64,000 nucleotides of DNA, from the IMG/VR virus record IMGVR_UViG_3300048029_000465; one strand, written 5' to 3'. This document shows, piece by piece, positions 1-8,965 of this stretch. Made by a program: the position numbers and the translations under genes. This DNA is from an uncultured virus (IMG/VR IMGVR_UViG_3300048029_000465) (lineage: Duplodnaviria > Heunggongvirae > Uroviricota > Caudoviricetes > Demerecviridae). Position 1 is the stretch's first letter. Each line of letters begins with the position of its first letter. The notes below the pieces were generated by a model. The model ran no database searches. It was given only the letters and a program-made list of their open reading frames with translations, and had not been told where the DNA came from.

Positions 1-137
1 CTAAAGCAGCAGCTATCGAATCTCTTACAGCAGCACTTACTGATGCAGGTCAAGAAGTTGATGAAGAGATCGTCAGCAAGTTGACAGGTAAAGCAGCAAT
101 GTACTTTGCCGGTGTAATCGCAGCAGTTAATTCTTAA
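1..137 (+). CDS. T5 D3-like protein, C-terminal part (truncated by window edge)
   Basis: Frame from nt 3 reads KAAAIESLTAALTDAGQEVDEEIVSKLTGKAAMYFAGVIAAVNS*. The KLTGKAA motif and position upstream of the PC4/ligase genes match T5 D3. Confidence 0.65.
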   Translation, partial: KAAAIESLTAALTDAGQEVDEEIVSKLTGKAAMYFAGVIAAVNS

Positions 138-143
138 TATCTA

Positions 144-157
144 GGGGCTTCGGCCCC
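144..157 (+). other. GC-rich hairpin with cUUCGg tetraloop (mRNA stabiliser or weak terminator)
   Basis: GGGGC-TTCG-GCCCC directly after the D3 stop; no U-tract follows. Confidence 0.55.
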
Positions 158-218
158 AGTCTCCTAAGCAAGTCGGCACGGAAGAAGATTCTGCCAAACC
201 GCTTCACTAGGAGTACCT

Positions 219-485
219 GTGAAAAAAGAAGAACTAGCACGGCTCGTCGATGAGTACGGTGACGCTGTAATCACCTATCGTAGTGAGAACAGTAATAAGT
301 TGAAATACAATGTTTGTACATTGGACTTCAGCACGCCTTACATTCAACAAAAAAGAAATAGAGCAAAGGAATCTGGAGAGACTCTTTTGCTTTTTTGTTG
401 GGACACCGACTCTTTTCGTTTACTTAAACCGAAGAATGTGACCAATGTAGTACCTCTTGCCTCTGTTCTAAAGAACGGAGACTAG
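219..485 (+). CDS. conserved T5-like hypothetical protein, possible SH3/Sm (WYL-like) beta-barrel
   Basis: 88 aa, GTG start with AGGAG RBS. The pattern CTLDF...WD.D.FR resembles small phage SH3-fold proteins; syntenic with T5. Confidence 0.6.
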   Translation: MKKEELARLVDEYGDAVITYRSENSNKLKYNVCTLDFSTPYIQQKRNRAKESGETLLLFCWDTDSFRLLKPKNVTNVVPLASVLKNGD

Positions 486-486
486 T

Positions 487-795
487 ATGGAACTGTATCA
501 AGCACCTGAAGTTTATGAAAAAGTCATACATTATGATGAAGCAAAAGAGACACAAGTTCGGCTTACTATCTCAACCTTTCGTGGTATCGAATATTTAAGT
601 GTGCGTAAGTACTACTTAGATTTCGAAGAAGAGTGGAAGCCTAGTAAGGAAGGGATTACAATGCCCTTGGACTTTGACAACTCACGTAATCTTTTCGTTG
701 GGCTAGTCGAAATCTTATCACTTGCAGAAAGTAAGGAGATCATAGAAGAACACTTCTCTGATCTAATCAAGGACTTATACGTAAATAGTTCTTGA
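487..795 (+). CDS. PC4/p15-like ssDNA-binding protein
   Basis: VRLTISTFRGIEYLSVRKYY...WKPSKEGITM is the PC4 family signature; T5 has a PC4 homologue at this position. Confidence 0.85.
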   Translation: MELYQAPEVYEKVIHYDEAKETQVRLTISTFRGIEYLSVRKYYLDFEEEWKPSKEGITMPLDFDNSRNLFVGLVEILSLAESKEIIEEHFSDLIKDLYVNSS

Positions 796-820
796 CTTTT
801 GTTCCTTCTTTCTGTATAAT
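783..820 (+). promoter_or_regulatory. sigma70-type T5-like promoter
   Basis: AAATAGTTC-TTGACT(792-797)-17 bp-TATAAT(815-820). Confidence 0.85.
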
Positions 821-845
821 ATTGTTTATTGAGTGAGGGAACTAT

Positions 846-1796
846 ATGCAACATTTTTTGGAAAAAGCTTCTGCAATGTACTACTCAGGTACTCCGATAA
901 TCTCGGATGCTGAGTTTGATGCGTTAGCAAGACTATATAGCTATGATGCGGTGGGACATACTGTCACTGATGGTATTCCTCATCTGTATAAGATGTATTC
1001 TCTACAGAAGGTTTTTAATTTAAATGACATAGAGTCCGGTACGTCACCTATGGTGCGTACACCGAAACTTGATGGGGCGGCAGTGTCGTTGCAATATGTC
1101 AACGGCCATCTAGCTCAGGCTTTAACCAGGGGAGACGGCAATATCGGTCGTGATATCACGTTGAAGCTAGAAGAGCTAGTACCTCCAAATATCAGTACTA
1201 TTGGCACTTGCCAAATTACTGGTGAAGTCGTAGCGCCCGATACGATTCCAAACTCTCGCAACTTTGCAGCGGGGTCTTTGAATCTCAAAGACATGCAGGA
1301 GTTCCGTGCTCGTTGTTCATACCTACGTTTTGTAGCGTATGACATTCAAGGCGAGTATATCGAACACACGCATCTTACCTCTGCAATGGACGGTTTGGCC
1401 CAAGAGGGCTTTGATACTATCACTCACTTCGATGCATCTGGCTATCCAACAGATGGCGAGGTGTTCAGGGTAGATAGTTATGAGGCTTTCTATAGAATGG
1501 GATATACAGCTCATCACCCCCGAGGGGCTTTCGCTCTTAAAGAGCAGAAGGACGGGGTGATTACAGAATTACTTGATGTTGTGTGGCAGGTAGGCAAATC
1601 AGGGGTCGTGAGCCCAGTTGCCATACTAAAGCCCGTCGAAGTGGGGGATGCACTTGTGAGCCGTGCAACTCTACACAACATCGAGTACATTCGCTCTCTA
1701 GACCTAGAAATAGGTTGCTCAGTTGAAGTTATACGGAGCGGGGAGATCATTCCACGAATCGTCAGACGAGTGGACATCGAGAAAAATAGTTCTTGA
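846..1796 (+). CDS. ligA: NAD-dependent DNA ligase subunit A (adenylation + OB domains)
   Basis: YY...ISDAEFD, MYSL, KLDG catalytic lysine, TRGDG..G.DIT, RN.AAGSL, ATLHN, GEIIP motifs. Confidence 0.93.
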   Translation: MQHFLEKASAMYYSGTPIISDAEFDALARLYSYDAVGHTVTDGIPHLYKMYSLQKVFNLNDIESGTSPMVRTPKLDGAAVSLQYVNGHLAQALTRGDGNIGRDITLKLEELVPPNISTIGTCQITGEVVAPDTIPNSRNFAAGSLNLKDMQEFRARCSYLRFVAYDIQGEYIEHTHLTSAMDGLAQEGFDTITHFDASGYPTDGEVFRVDSYEAFYRMGYTAHHPRGAFALKEQKDGVITELLDVVWQVGKSGVVSPVAILKPVEVGDALVSRATLHNIEYIRSLDLEIGCSVEVIRSGEIIPRIVRRVDIEKNSS

Positions 1797-1821
1797 CATT
1801 TAGGTCAATCTTTCGTATAAT
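1782..1821 (+). promoter_or_regulatory. sigma70-type T5-like promoter
   Basis: AAAAATAGTTC-TTGACA(1793-1798)-17 bp-TATAAT(1816-1821); perfect consensus. Confidence 0.9.
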
Positions 1822-1847
1822 ATCTTTTCACTTTTTCGGAGTAGTCC

Positions 1848-2603
1848 ATGTTTCAAGAAATCAACTTCCCTACCAACTGTCCTTCTTGTGACAGTGAGTT
1901 GGAATGGGTAAATGATTCTTTGTACTGTCGTAATCATCTGTGTCCTGCACAGAATGCTAAGGCCGTGGAACACTTCGCTAAGACTATGAAGATCAAGGGT
2001 CTCGGCCCTGCGTCTATTCGTAAACTTGGCTGGACTTGCCCTTCTGAAATTTACCTCACTCCGCGTGAGAGTATCTTAGCATCGTTGGGGTCCGAAAAAG
2101 TGACATCTAAGCTCATGTTGGAGATATTGAATTCGTTCGATGCTCCACTTGAGCTTCTTTTACCTGCTTTTGGTATTCCGTTAATCGGAAAAACGGCAAC
2201 ACTAAAGCTGTCTGAGACTATTCATCATATTTCTCAAATAAATGCAGACACTTGTGAGCGTGCCGGATTGGGACCAAAAGCCTCTTCCAGTTTATTGGAC
2301 TGGATAGACAATGAGCTACCTTTCTTTCAAGAACACATTCCTTGTAGTTGGTACTTTTCGGATACACCTCCGCCAGTTGTGAGTAAAGGAACTGTATGTA
2401 TTAGTGGACGCTTGAAGAGTTTCAAGAGCAAAGCTGATGCTACTAATGCTTTGAATACGGCTGGTTATGAAGTTAAATCCAGTCTTACAAAACAAGTAGG
2501 TTTTCTTATCAATGAAGGTGGGACTGAATCTGCTAAAACACGACAAGCCAGAACTACTGGCGTTACTATAGTAACTGATCTTAGATCATTTTTGGAGAAC
2601 TAA
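1848..2603 (+). CDS. ligB: NAD-dependent DNA ligase subunit B (Zn finger, HhH, BRCT)
   Basis: CPSC...C..LC zinc finger, IKGLG and FGIPLIG HhH motifs, C-terminal BRCT (VCISG...SAKTRQA); split ligase as in T5. Confidence 0.9.
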   Translation: MFQEINFPTNCPSCDSELEWVNDSLYCRNHLCPAQNAKAVEHFAKTMKIKGLGPASIRKLGWTCPSEIYLTPRESILASLGSEKVTSKLMLEILNSFDAPLELLLPAFGIPLIGKTATLKLSETIHHISQINADTCERAGLGPKASSSLLDWIDNELPFFQEHIPCSWYFSDTPPPVVSKGTVCISGRLKSFKSKADATNALNTAGYEVKSSLTKQVGFLINEGGTESAKTRQARTTGVTIVTDLRSFLEN

Positions 2604-2604
2604 T

Positions 2605-3324
2605 ATGGCACTTCCTAAGTGGACCGATGAGCGCACTGAAGCGCTTACTAATTTTGTCGGCGGCGAAAGCCCCGTCTCACAAGCTACTGTTGCAGAAGCA
2701 GCAGACCAGCTTGAAACTTCTACTCGTTCTATCTCTAGCAAACTGCGAAAGATGGGATACGATGTAGAGCTTGCTTCAACTGCTGGAGGACGTTCGTTCT
2801 CAGAGCAGCAAGAAGCTACTCTTCGTGCATTCGTTACTGATAACTCAGGCGCATACACATACGCTCAGATCGCTGAGCACTTCGAAGGTGGAAACTTTTC
2901 ACCTAAGTCAATCCAAGGCAAGATCTTGTCTATGGAGTTGACTGGTCACGTTGCTCCTGCTCCTAAGGTAGAGAGCGTACGTACTTACACAGAAGCTGAA
3001 GAAGCTACATTCGTCTCTATGGTGAATGATGGTGCATTCGTCGAAGCAATCGCAGAAGCTCTCGATCGCTCTGTAAACAGTGTTCGTGGTAAGGCTCTTA
3101 GCCTTCTTCGTTCCGGCGACATCCAGGCGATTCCTCGTCAGGAGAACACCAAGGGCTCTACTAACGTAGATCCTCTTGACGGTGTTGATGTTGCTACTAT
3201 GACTGTTGAAGCTATCGCAGAAGCGATTGGCAAGACAGCTCGCGGCGTAAAGACTATGTTGACTCGCCGTGGTCTAACTGCTGCTGACTATGATGGTGCC
3301 GCCAAGGCAGCTAAGTCTCAGTAA
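2605..3324 (+). CDS. T5 D5-like DNA-binding/transcription regulator
   Basis: Repeated helix-turn-helix-like units (WTDERT, FSEQQE, YTEAEE; RSISSKLRKMG, RGVKTMLTRRG); syntenic after ligB. Confidence 0.8.
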   Translation: MALPKWTDERTEALTNFVGGESPVSQATVAEAADQLETSTRSISSKLRKMGYDVELASTAGGRSFSEQQEATLRAFVTDNSGAYTYAQIAEHFEGGNFSPKSIQGKILSMELTGHVAPAPKVESVRTYTEAEEATFVSMVNDGAFVEAIAEALDRSVNSVRGKALSLLRSGDIQAIPRQENTKGSTNVDPLDGVDVATMTVEAIAEAIGKTARGVKTMLTRRGLTAADYDGAAKAAKSQ

Positions 3325-3344
3325 TTACACAACTGTGTATGGTG

Positions 3345-3375
3345 AGGCTGGCTGGGTTTTCTAGTCAGCCTTTTT
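3345..3375 (+). terminator. intrinsic terminator after D5
   Basis: AGGCTGGCTGG-loop-CTAGTCAGCCT followed by a T-tract. Confidence 0.75.
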
Positions 3376-3392
3376 AATGTTCGGGGGAACTT

Positions 3393-4742
3393 TTGAATAT
3401 ATCAAGTGCTTTGATAAAGCAGTGCATCGCGCTGGCAGACTTTGAGACGTGGAGCTTTCTACGTAAAGAGTATCTGCCCGCCGAATATCACACGCTTTAT
3501 GGTCAAATTGACAAGCACTGTGAAAACTTTCACGAGTTCCCTTCGTTCGACGATCTCAAGTTAAGTATACGACATGCACCTACCCGCGATAAGGTCTTCG
3601 CTATCGAAGCCATTGATGTAGATATTGATGCCGGTACTTTACTTGAGTATCTTAAGAATGAATATACTCAGAAAGAAATCTTAAACTCTCTTGATACTTA
3701 TATTGATAATTCTGTAGTCTTTTCGTCTGCAGAAGAATCAGTGCAAGAGCTTCATCAAATTGTTCTAGACATAGAAGACAAAGTTGATCTTGAAGTTCCT
3801 CAGGAAAGTATGCAACGCATAGAATTGTTTGAGCCTGAAGAAGAGATCGGTAAATATATCGGTCTTGGTCTCAACGCTGAGTACGACCATGAAATCAAGT
3901 TCTCCCCCCGAGATTTGGTTCTGGTTGGTGGTCGGCGCGGGGCTGGTAAGTCTCTAACCTGTGCGAATATTGCAAACAACGTATTTCAATCTGGCCGTTC
4001 AGCTATCTATTTCACGATCGAGATGGATAGTAGATCAATACTGCAACGGTGTTGTTCTATCGCTACTGGTGTGCCATACTCTCGTCTACGTACACAAAAT
4101 CTAAGTGTTACAGAGTGGGAGAAAGTGGCTGGCTGGTGGGCGAGTCGCTTCCAGCAAGGTCAGGACAGGTTGAAAGAGTATCGGGAAAACCGAGACTTTA
4201 CAGAGTTCCATCGTAAACTTACTACACAGCATGAGCTTCTCCCGACTCAACAGCTTGATGTAATTTACGACCCAGGTCTAACTCTTGCAAAGATCCGTGC
4301 CGAACTCGATAAAAAAGTCAATCGTATAGACGCAGGCGTCATTATTGTTGACTATATCAACCAAGTCAAGCGTTCTAACATTCCCTCTCGGGGAGGGCAG
4401 TACGATTGGACGGAACAGATTGAAGTATCCAAAGCTCTAAAAGCTATGGCACAGGAGTATGAATGCACTGTATTCTCTCCTTATCAAACTGATGCCACAG
4501 GTGAGGCTCGCTTTGCCAAAGGTATTCTTGATGCGGCAGATGCCGCGTATGCACTAGAGGCTTATGAGCAAGAGGACTCTTGTATTAGCTTTAATTGTAT
4601 GAAAATGAGGGCAGCCAGCATGAAGTCTTTCACTTCCGTTATGGATTGGGAGTCTTTGAAGATGGGGCCTGAAACAGCTCTTACTCCTCAGGAAAGAGAA
4701 GCTAGTTCACACAAAACTGATGAAGATATTGACGACCTCTGA
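3393..4742 (+). CDS. replicative DNA helicase, DnaB-like (T5 D6)
   Basis: Walker A GGRRGAGKS, YFTIEM, IIVDYIN, ILDAAD; TTG start after GGGGGA. Confidence 0.9.
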   Translation: MNISSALIKQCIALADFETWSFLRKEYLPAEYHTLYGQIDKHCENFHEFPSFDDLKLSIRHAPTRDKVFAIEAIDVDIDAGTLLEYLKNEYTQKEILNSLDTYIDNSVVFSSAEESVQELHQIVLDIEDKVDLEVPQESMQRIELFEPEEEIGKYIGLGLNAEYDHEIKFSPRDLVLVGGRRGAGKSLTCANIANNVFQSGRSAIYFTIEMDSRSILQRCCSIATGVPYSRLRTQNLSVTEWEKVAGWWASRFQQGQDRLKEYRENRDFTEFHRKLTTQHELLPTQQLDVIYDPGLTLAKIRAELDKKVNRIDAGVIIVDYINQVKRSNIPSRGGQYDWTEQIEVSKALKAMAQEYECTVFSPYQTDATGEARFAKGILDAADAAYALEAYEQEDSCISFNCMKMRAASMKSFTSVMDWESLKMGPETALTPQEREASSHKTDEDIDDL

Positions 4743-4743
4743 T

Positions 4744-4783
4744 AAAAAAAGTTCTTGACTATCCCCGGTGTTTGCTGTATAAT
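4744..4783 (+). promoter_or_regulatory. sigma70-type T5-like promoter
   Basis: AAAAAAAGTTC-TTGACT(4755-4760)-17 bp-TATAAT(4778-4783). Confidence 0.85.
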
Positions 4784-4813
4784 ATGTACTTCAATCATCG
4801 GGGATTTTTATTT

Positions 4814-5107
4814 ATGGGAATGTTTTATGGATCAATCAGACATACAACTACAGGTAGAAAGAAGAAAAGCAGTACTCGACGCACTGGACCAACTCTCCGA
4901 GGCGTTCAATCAAACACTCCAAAACCTTATCGACGAGAAACACCTGAATACAGAAGTGGCTCCGACACAACTGGAGTTGCCGCTCGGCATGACTCGATGC
5001 AGTATACAGGATCCTTGGTTAAAGGTATCGGAACCATGCACAAGTCAAACGCTGTTCCGATCATCAATGAACAAGAAATGAAAGACATTGCAAGGATGAG
5101 ACGATGA
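4814..5107 (+). CDS. basic hypothetical protein (YTG..VKGIGTMHKSNAVP motif)
   Basis: Start moved to ATG 4814, downstream of the promoter and behind a GGGGA SD. The C-terminal MHKSNAVP motif is recalled from aquatic phage hypotheticals. Confidence 0.7.
   Translation: MGMFYGSIRHTTTGRKKKSSTRRTGPTLRGVQSNTPKPYRRETPEYRSGSDTTGVAARHDSMQYTGSLVKGIGTMHKSNAVPIINEQEMKDIARMRR
4827..5081 (+). CDS. putative overprinted small protein (alternative frame) with QLELPL motif
   Basis: ATG 4827 with GGGA 7 nt upstream; reads MDQSDIQLQVERRKAVLDALDQLSEAFNQTLQNLIDEKHLNTEVAPTQLELPLG, an amphipathic helix. Confidence 0.35.
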   Translation: MDQSDIQLQVERRKAVLDALDQLSEAFNQTLQNLIDEKHLNTEVAPTQLELPLGMTRCSIQDPWLKVSEPCTSQTLFRSSMNKK

Positions 5108-5388
5108 ATTCAAGATTAGCTCCAAAAATTACAGAGCTTTTTGACATACTAGAAGTAGATATGGACGCAGGAGACTACATTCACGCGGATGTAACTCTTG
5201 CCCGACTATCAAAGTACTTTCACTTATTTGACGATGAACATGCAGACTATTACCAATATGCTCAAGACACTGTGGAATCTATGCTGGGTGATCTTGATGA
5301 CGACTATTATGACGGGGACAATGATCTTTTTGATTGGGACGGCGATGCTCTGGCATCTGCTGGTTTCGGCGTGGACGAAGATTATTAA
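5104..5388 (+). CDS. very acidic small hypothetical protein
   Basis: 94 aa, Asp-rich tail DDDYYDGDNDLFDWDGDALASAGFGVDEDY; ATGA overlap upstream, TAATG overlap downstream. Confidence 0.75.
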   Translation: MNSRLAPKITELFDILEVDMDAGDYIHADVTLARLSKYFHLFDDEHADYYQYAQDTVESMLGDLDDDYYDGDNDLFDWDGDALASAGFGVDEDY

Positions 5389-6221
5389 TGAATGTAGAAG
5401 ATCTACTCAAGAATAAAGATATTGCATATATTCCAAAAGGTAAGGACTATGTGGTTAGTTGTTTACACCCTGACCACAATGACCGTAATCCTAGTATGCG
5501 TATCGACCAAGTAACAGGAATATTTAACTGCTTCTCCTGTGGATTTAAAGGTAACCTATTTACCCACTTCGGCGAAAAAGTCAACAAAATGGAAATGAAG
5601 CGACAGCTTCTCAAAAAGAAAATAGACGAAGTAAGGGCGGAAAGCGTGGGACTACAAATGCCAGAGGGATACTCTCCATATATCGGTAATTGGAGAGGAA
5701 TTCGAGCAGAAACATACCGAGAGTTTGAAGCATTCATTCATGCCGGAAAAGATTTTACAGGACGCATCTGCTTTCCTATACGAGATCGTTCCGGTAGAAT
5801 AGTATCTTTTCAATCTCGAACTACCGGCGATCAACAGCCTAAGTACCTCAACACTCCTCCAGGTGCAAAGATGCCTTTGTTTCCTGTAGTAGAACCCATA
5901 CAAGGCAGTATCATTCTTGTAGAAGGTATCTTTGATGTACTAAATCTACACGACAAAGGGTTGACAAATGCAGTATGTTGCTTTGGCGTGAAGAATGTAA
6001 CAGAAGAAAAGCTTCAAGTACTCTCCGTTGCAGGAGTAGACAGCATTGATGTTTTTCTTGACAATGATGAAGCTGGACAAACTGGTTCAGCTAGAATACG
6101 TGAGCTGTGCGAGTCAATAGGACTCAACACTCGTAACATTGCATTTGGAGACAAAGCACTGGATGCGGGAGCACTAGCTAAACCTCAAGTAGACAAACTA
6201 AAGAGTAAATTATATGCCTAA
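5388..6221 (+). CDS. DNA primase (CHC2 zinc finger + TOPRIM)
   Basis: CLHPDH.DRNPS...CFSCG zinc finger, KYLN, VEGIFD, LDND.AG; start set at the ATG coupled to the upstream TAA. Confidence 0.92.
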   Translation: MNVEDLLKNKDIAYIPKGKDYVVSCLHPDHNDRNPSMRIDQVTGIFNCFSCGFKGNLFTHFGEKVNKMEMKRQLLKKKIDEVRAESVGLQMPEGYSPYIGNWRGIRAETYREFEAFIHAGKDFTGRICFPIRDRSGRIVSFQSRTTGDQQPKYLNTPPGAKMPLFPVVEPIQGSIILVEGIFDVLNLHDKGLTNAVCCFGVKNVTEEKLQVLSVAGVDSIDVFLDNDEAGQTGSARIRELCESIGLNTRNIAFGDKALDAGALAKPQVDKLKSKLYA

Positions 6222-8484
6222 GGTTGCATTAGTAGAAACCAAACCAAGTAAAACAAGATTTTCAGCAGAGTTCGACGGATTGGAATTTGACCAATACCAG
6301 TTGTGCTCTGATCCAACTATTAAAAAAGTATTGAAGCGAGACTGCGACATTGACATGAATCCTGATGACTATGATTGGGTTATTCTTGTAGGTAGTGACG
6401 CGATGAAGTACTACACAAAATTAAGTTCCGTTACGGAATACTCTGGGAAAAAAGTGGAAGGCAAGTTCTTGCCTATTATTAACCCTGCGATGCTTGCATT
6501 CAAACCCGAAGCTAAAAAAGTGTGGGAATCAGGAAAGCAGAGCATCCTAGAGTATATCGCTGGTGAGAAAGAAGACGTAGTAATTGACGCATCAATCGCT
6601 TTCGGTATACAAGATACGGAGAAAGCAAATGAATTTATCCAAGCAGCAATCGATCACCCAGGAACGTACATTGCACTGGACTCAGAAACTACCGGACTCT
6701 ACCCTCGGGATGGTTACATGCTCGGCATTAGCCTTTGTTACGATGGGGCTTCTGGTGCCTATATTGATACCGATTGTTTTTCTGAGCGTACTGAGCAGTT
6801 ACTTCGTGAGCTCTTCCTCAAGAAAACAGTAGTATTTCACAATGCCAAGTTTGATATGGCATTCTTTGAGTACCACTTTCACTTCGAGTTCCCCAGCTTT
6901 GAAGACACAATGTTGCTCCATTACCTCATAGACGAGAATCCCGGAGGGCATGGCCTCAAACAGCTTACAATGAAGTTTACACCTTATGGTGACTATGAGA
7001 AGCCCATGTATGATTGGATTGATCGTTATCGTAAGGAGCACGGTATTCTTAAAGATCAGTTTAGCTGGGGAGACATTCCTTTCGATGTGATGAAAACCTA
7101 TGCAGGCATGGATGCTTTGTGTACGTTTCTTATCTACGAAAAGTTTATCAAAATTAAGCAGAATCCAAAGCTCAAGTGGGTATATGATAACATTCTTATT
7201 CCTGGCACTCGATTCCTTATTGACACCCAGGACAATGGTGTTCCTTTTGACCGTATGCGTTTGCTCGTAGGTCAGGAAGCTATGCAAGACGATATTGATG
7301 CTGCAGTTGCCGCTTTGTATGAAAATGATAACATACGGAGGTTTGAAGAACTAAATGGAAAACCATTTAATCCTAATAGTACTATGCAGCTTCGTAGTCT
7401 CCTGTTTGACTACCTTGGCCTCACGCCGACTGGTAAGAAAACTGGAACGGGCGCAGACTCTACTGACGCGGAAGTGCTCAAAGAACTCTCACTTCAGAGC
7501 GATGTACCTAAACGGATCTTGGATATACGACAAAAATCCAAAATCAAAAATACTTACCTTGATAAAATCATACCACAGTTGGATCGAGACTCTAGGTTGC
7601 GGACTGGCTTTAACCTACACGGTACTACTAGTGGGCGTCTATCTTCTAGCGGCAAATTAAATATGCAGCAGTTGCCACGAGACAATCCCACTGTAAAGGG
7701 TTGTATCAAAGCTGCTCCAGGACACAAAATTGTTGCTATGGATTTAACCACAGCAGAAGTATATGTTGCGGCGATTCTCGCAAAAGATAAAGCACTCATG
7801 GATGTGTTTCGTAGTGGAGGCAACTTTCACAGCACGATTGCTCACAAAGTATTTCGCCTTCCTTGCGAGCTAGACCAAGTGGCAGAGCTATACCCTGATA
7901 AGCGTCAGGCTGCAAAAGCCGTAACCTTTGGCATTATGTATGGTGCTGGCCCTGCAAAGATTAGCGAGCAAGTAACAAAAGATAGTGGTAAGTATTTTTC
8001 AAAATCGGAAGCCCAAGAAGTTATTAGTGACTACTTCAAAGCCTTCCACAAACTCAAGGCTTGGATTGATGATAATCAAAAATTTATTGAACAGAATGGG
8101 TTCATATATTCTTTCTTTGGTCGGAAGCGTAGACTCCCCAATGTTGAATCCACCGATGCGGCCATCCGCTCACATAGCGTTCGTTCTGGTCTTAATTTTT
8201 TGGTTCAGTCCGCTGCTAGCGATATTAACCTTCTTGGCGCAATAGACATGGGGGAGTATATCAAGGCAAAGGGAATGAAGTCTCGTATTTTTGCACTCGT
8301 ACACGACTCAATTCTTGCCGAAGTTCCAGAGGATGAAATTGAACATTATAGCGAAAAACTTTTACACTTTATACAAATGGACAGAGGACTTACTATCCCA
8401 GGCGCTCCCGTCGGATGTGACTTCGAAATTGACGAAGACTACTCAATGGGTAAGTTCGCAAAGATGTATGGTAGTTCAGTATAA
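6214..8484 (+). CDS. DNA polymerase, family A (T5-type)
   Basis: 3'-5' exonuclease DSETTG, HNAKFD, YAGMD; TSGRLSS; motif A MDLTTAEV; motif B RQAAKAVTFGIMYG; motif C VHDS. Confidence 0.95.
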   Translation: MPKVALVETKPSKTRFSAEFDGLEFDQYQLCSDPTIKKVLKRDCDIDMNPDDYDWVILVGSDAMKYYTKLSSVTEYSGKKVEGKFLPIINPAMLAFKPEAKKVWESGKQSILEYIAGEKEDVVIDASIAFGIQDTEKANEFIQAAIDHPGTYIALDSETTGLYPRDGYMLGISLCYDGASGAYIDTDCFSERTEQLLRELFLKKTVVFHNAKFDMAFFEYHFHFEFPSFEDTMLLHYLIDENPGGHGLKQLTMKFTPYGDYEKPMYDWIDRYRKEHGILKDQFSWGDIPFDVMKTYAGMDALCTFLIYEKFIKIKQNPKLKWVYDNILIPGTRFLIDTQDNGVPFDRMRLLVGQEAMQDDIDAAVAALYENDNIRRFEELNGKPFNPNSTMQLRSLLFDYLGLTPTGKKTGTGADSTDAEVLKELSLQSDVPKRILDIRQKSKIKNTYLDKIIPQLDRDSRLRTGFNLHGTTSGRLSSSGKLNMQQLPRDNPTVKGCIKAAPGHKIVAMDLTTAEVYVAAILAKDKALMDVFRSGGNFHSTIAHKVFRLPCELDQVAELYPDKRQAAKAVTFGIMYGAGPAKISEQVTKDSGKYFSKSEAQEVISDYFKAFHKLKAWIDDNQKFIEQNGFIYSFFGRKRRLPNVESTDAAIRSHSVRSGLNFLVQSAASDINLLGAIDMGEYIKAKGMKSRIFALVHDSILAEVPEDEIEHYSEKLLHFIQMDRGLTIPGAPVGCDFEIDEDYSMGKFAKMYGSSV

Positions 8485-8962
8485 AAGCATTAACAAAGTA
8501 AAATTTCCCGTCTACATTCTATCTTCAGGGAACTGGGATAGACAAGACGGGTTACTATTTTTAGACGGAGAAGTAGTAGATGATAGAAATATGTGCGGGG
8601 ATACTTTGGGCATTCGCCGCCTACAAAGTCCTCATAAAAACATGCATCCCCTTAAACAGCAAGTTGATAACTTACGAGGAATTCTTAAATCAAAAGAAAA
8701 ACATTTTATAGACACGAACGGTATACCGTTCATCTATGAAAAGACTGAGTTTTGTAAGCTAAAATACTACAGAATAAAGTCGATAGTACAAAAGGACACT
8801 GTTTCATTACTAAAGTTAGACGGAGTGAAACAACCTTTTGTTATTCCGAGACCTCCCGCAAGTGAAATGCGGTATGCGGGAGTTTTACATTTTGGAACCC
8901 TACCGTGGGTATTATACGAGTATTCCGAAGACCGTCGTGAGGACACTCGAAGAAAAGTATAA
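8468..8962 (+). CDS. conserved T5-like hypothetical protein downstream of the polymerase
   Basis: Likely start MVVQYK at 8468, overlapping the pol end; FPVY...DD.N..G..RRL...RRKV pattern; synteny. Confidence 0.7.
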   Translation: MVVQYKSINKVKFPVYILSSGNWDRQDGLLFLDGEVVDDRNMCGDTLGIRRLQSPHKNMHPLKQQVDNLRGILKSKEKHFIDTNGIPFIYEKTEFCKLKYYRIKSIVQKDTVSLLKLDGVKQPFVIPRPPASEMRYAGVLHFGTLPWVLYEYSEDRREDTRRKV

Positions 8963-8965
8963 ATT

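Noticed and set aside
138..218. Structured ncRNA or tRNA in the first intergenic gap
   Set aside because: Only one strong hairpin and one weak stem; no cloverleaf or recognisable RNA family.
1796..1848. Ligase pseudogene or intron at the split
   Set aside because: The gap is about 50 bp and holds a promoter and RBS; split ligase is the normal T5-group state.
3326..3339. Palindrome TACACA-AC-TGTGTA after D5 as an operator
   Set aside because: Single short occurrence, not seen at the promoters; could be chance.
4755..4813. ORF starts at 4755 and 4772 from the track
   Set aside because: They lie within the promoter, upstream of the expected TSS; ATGs at 4814 and 4827 have SD-like elements.
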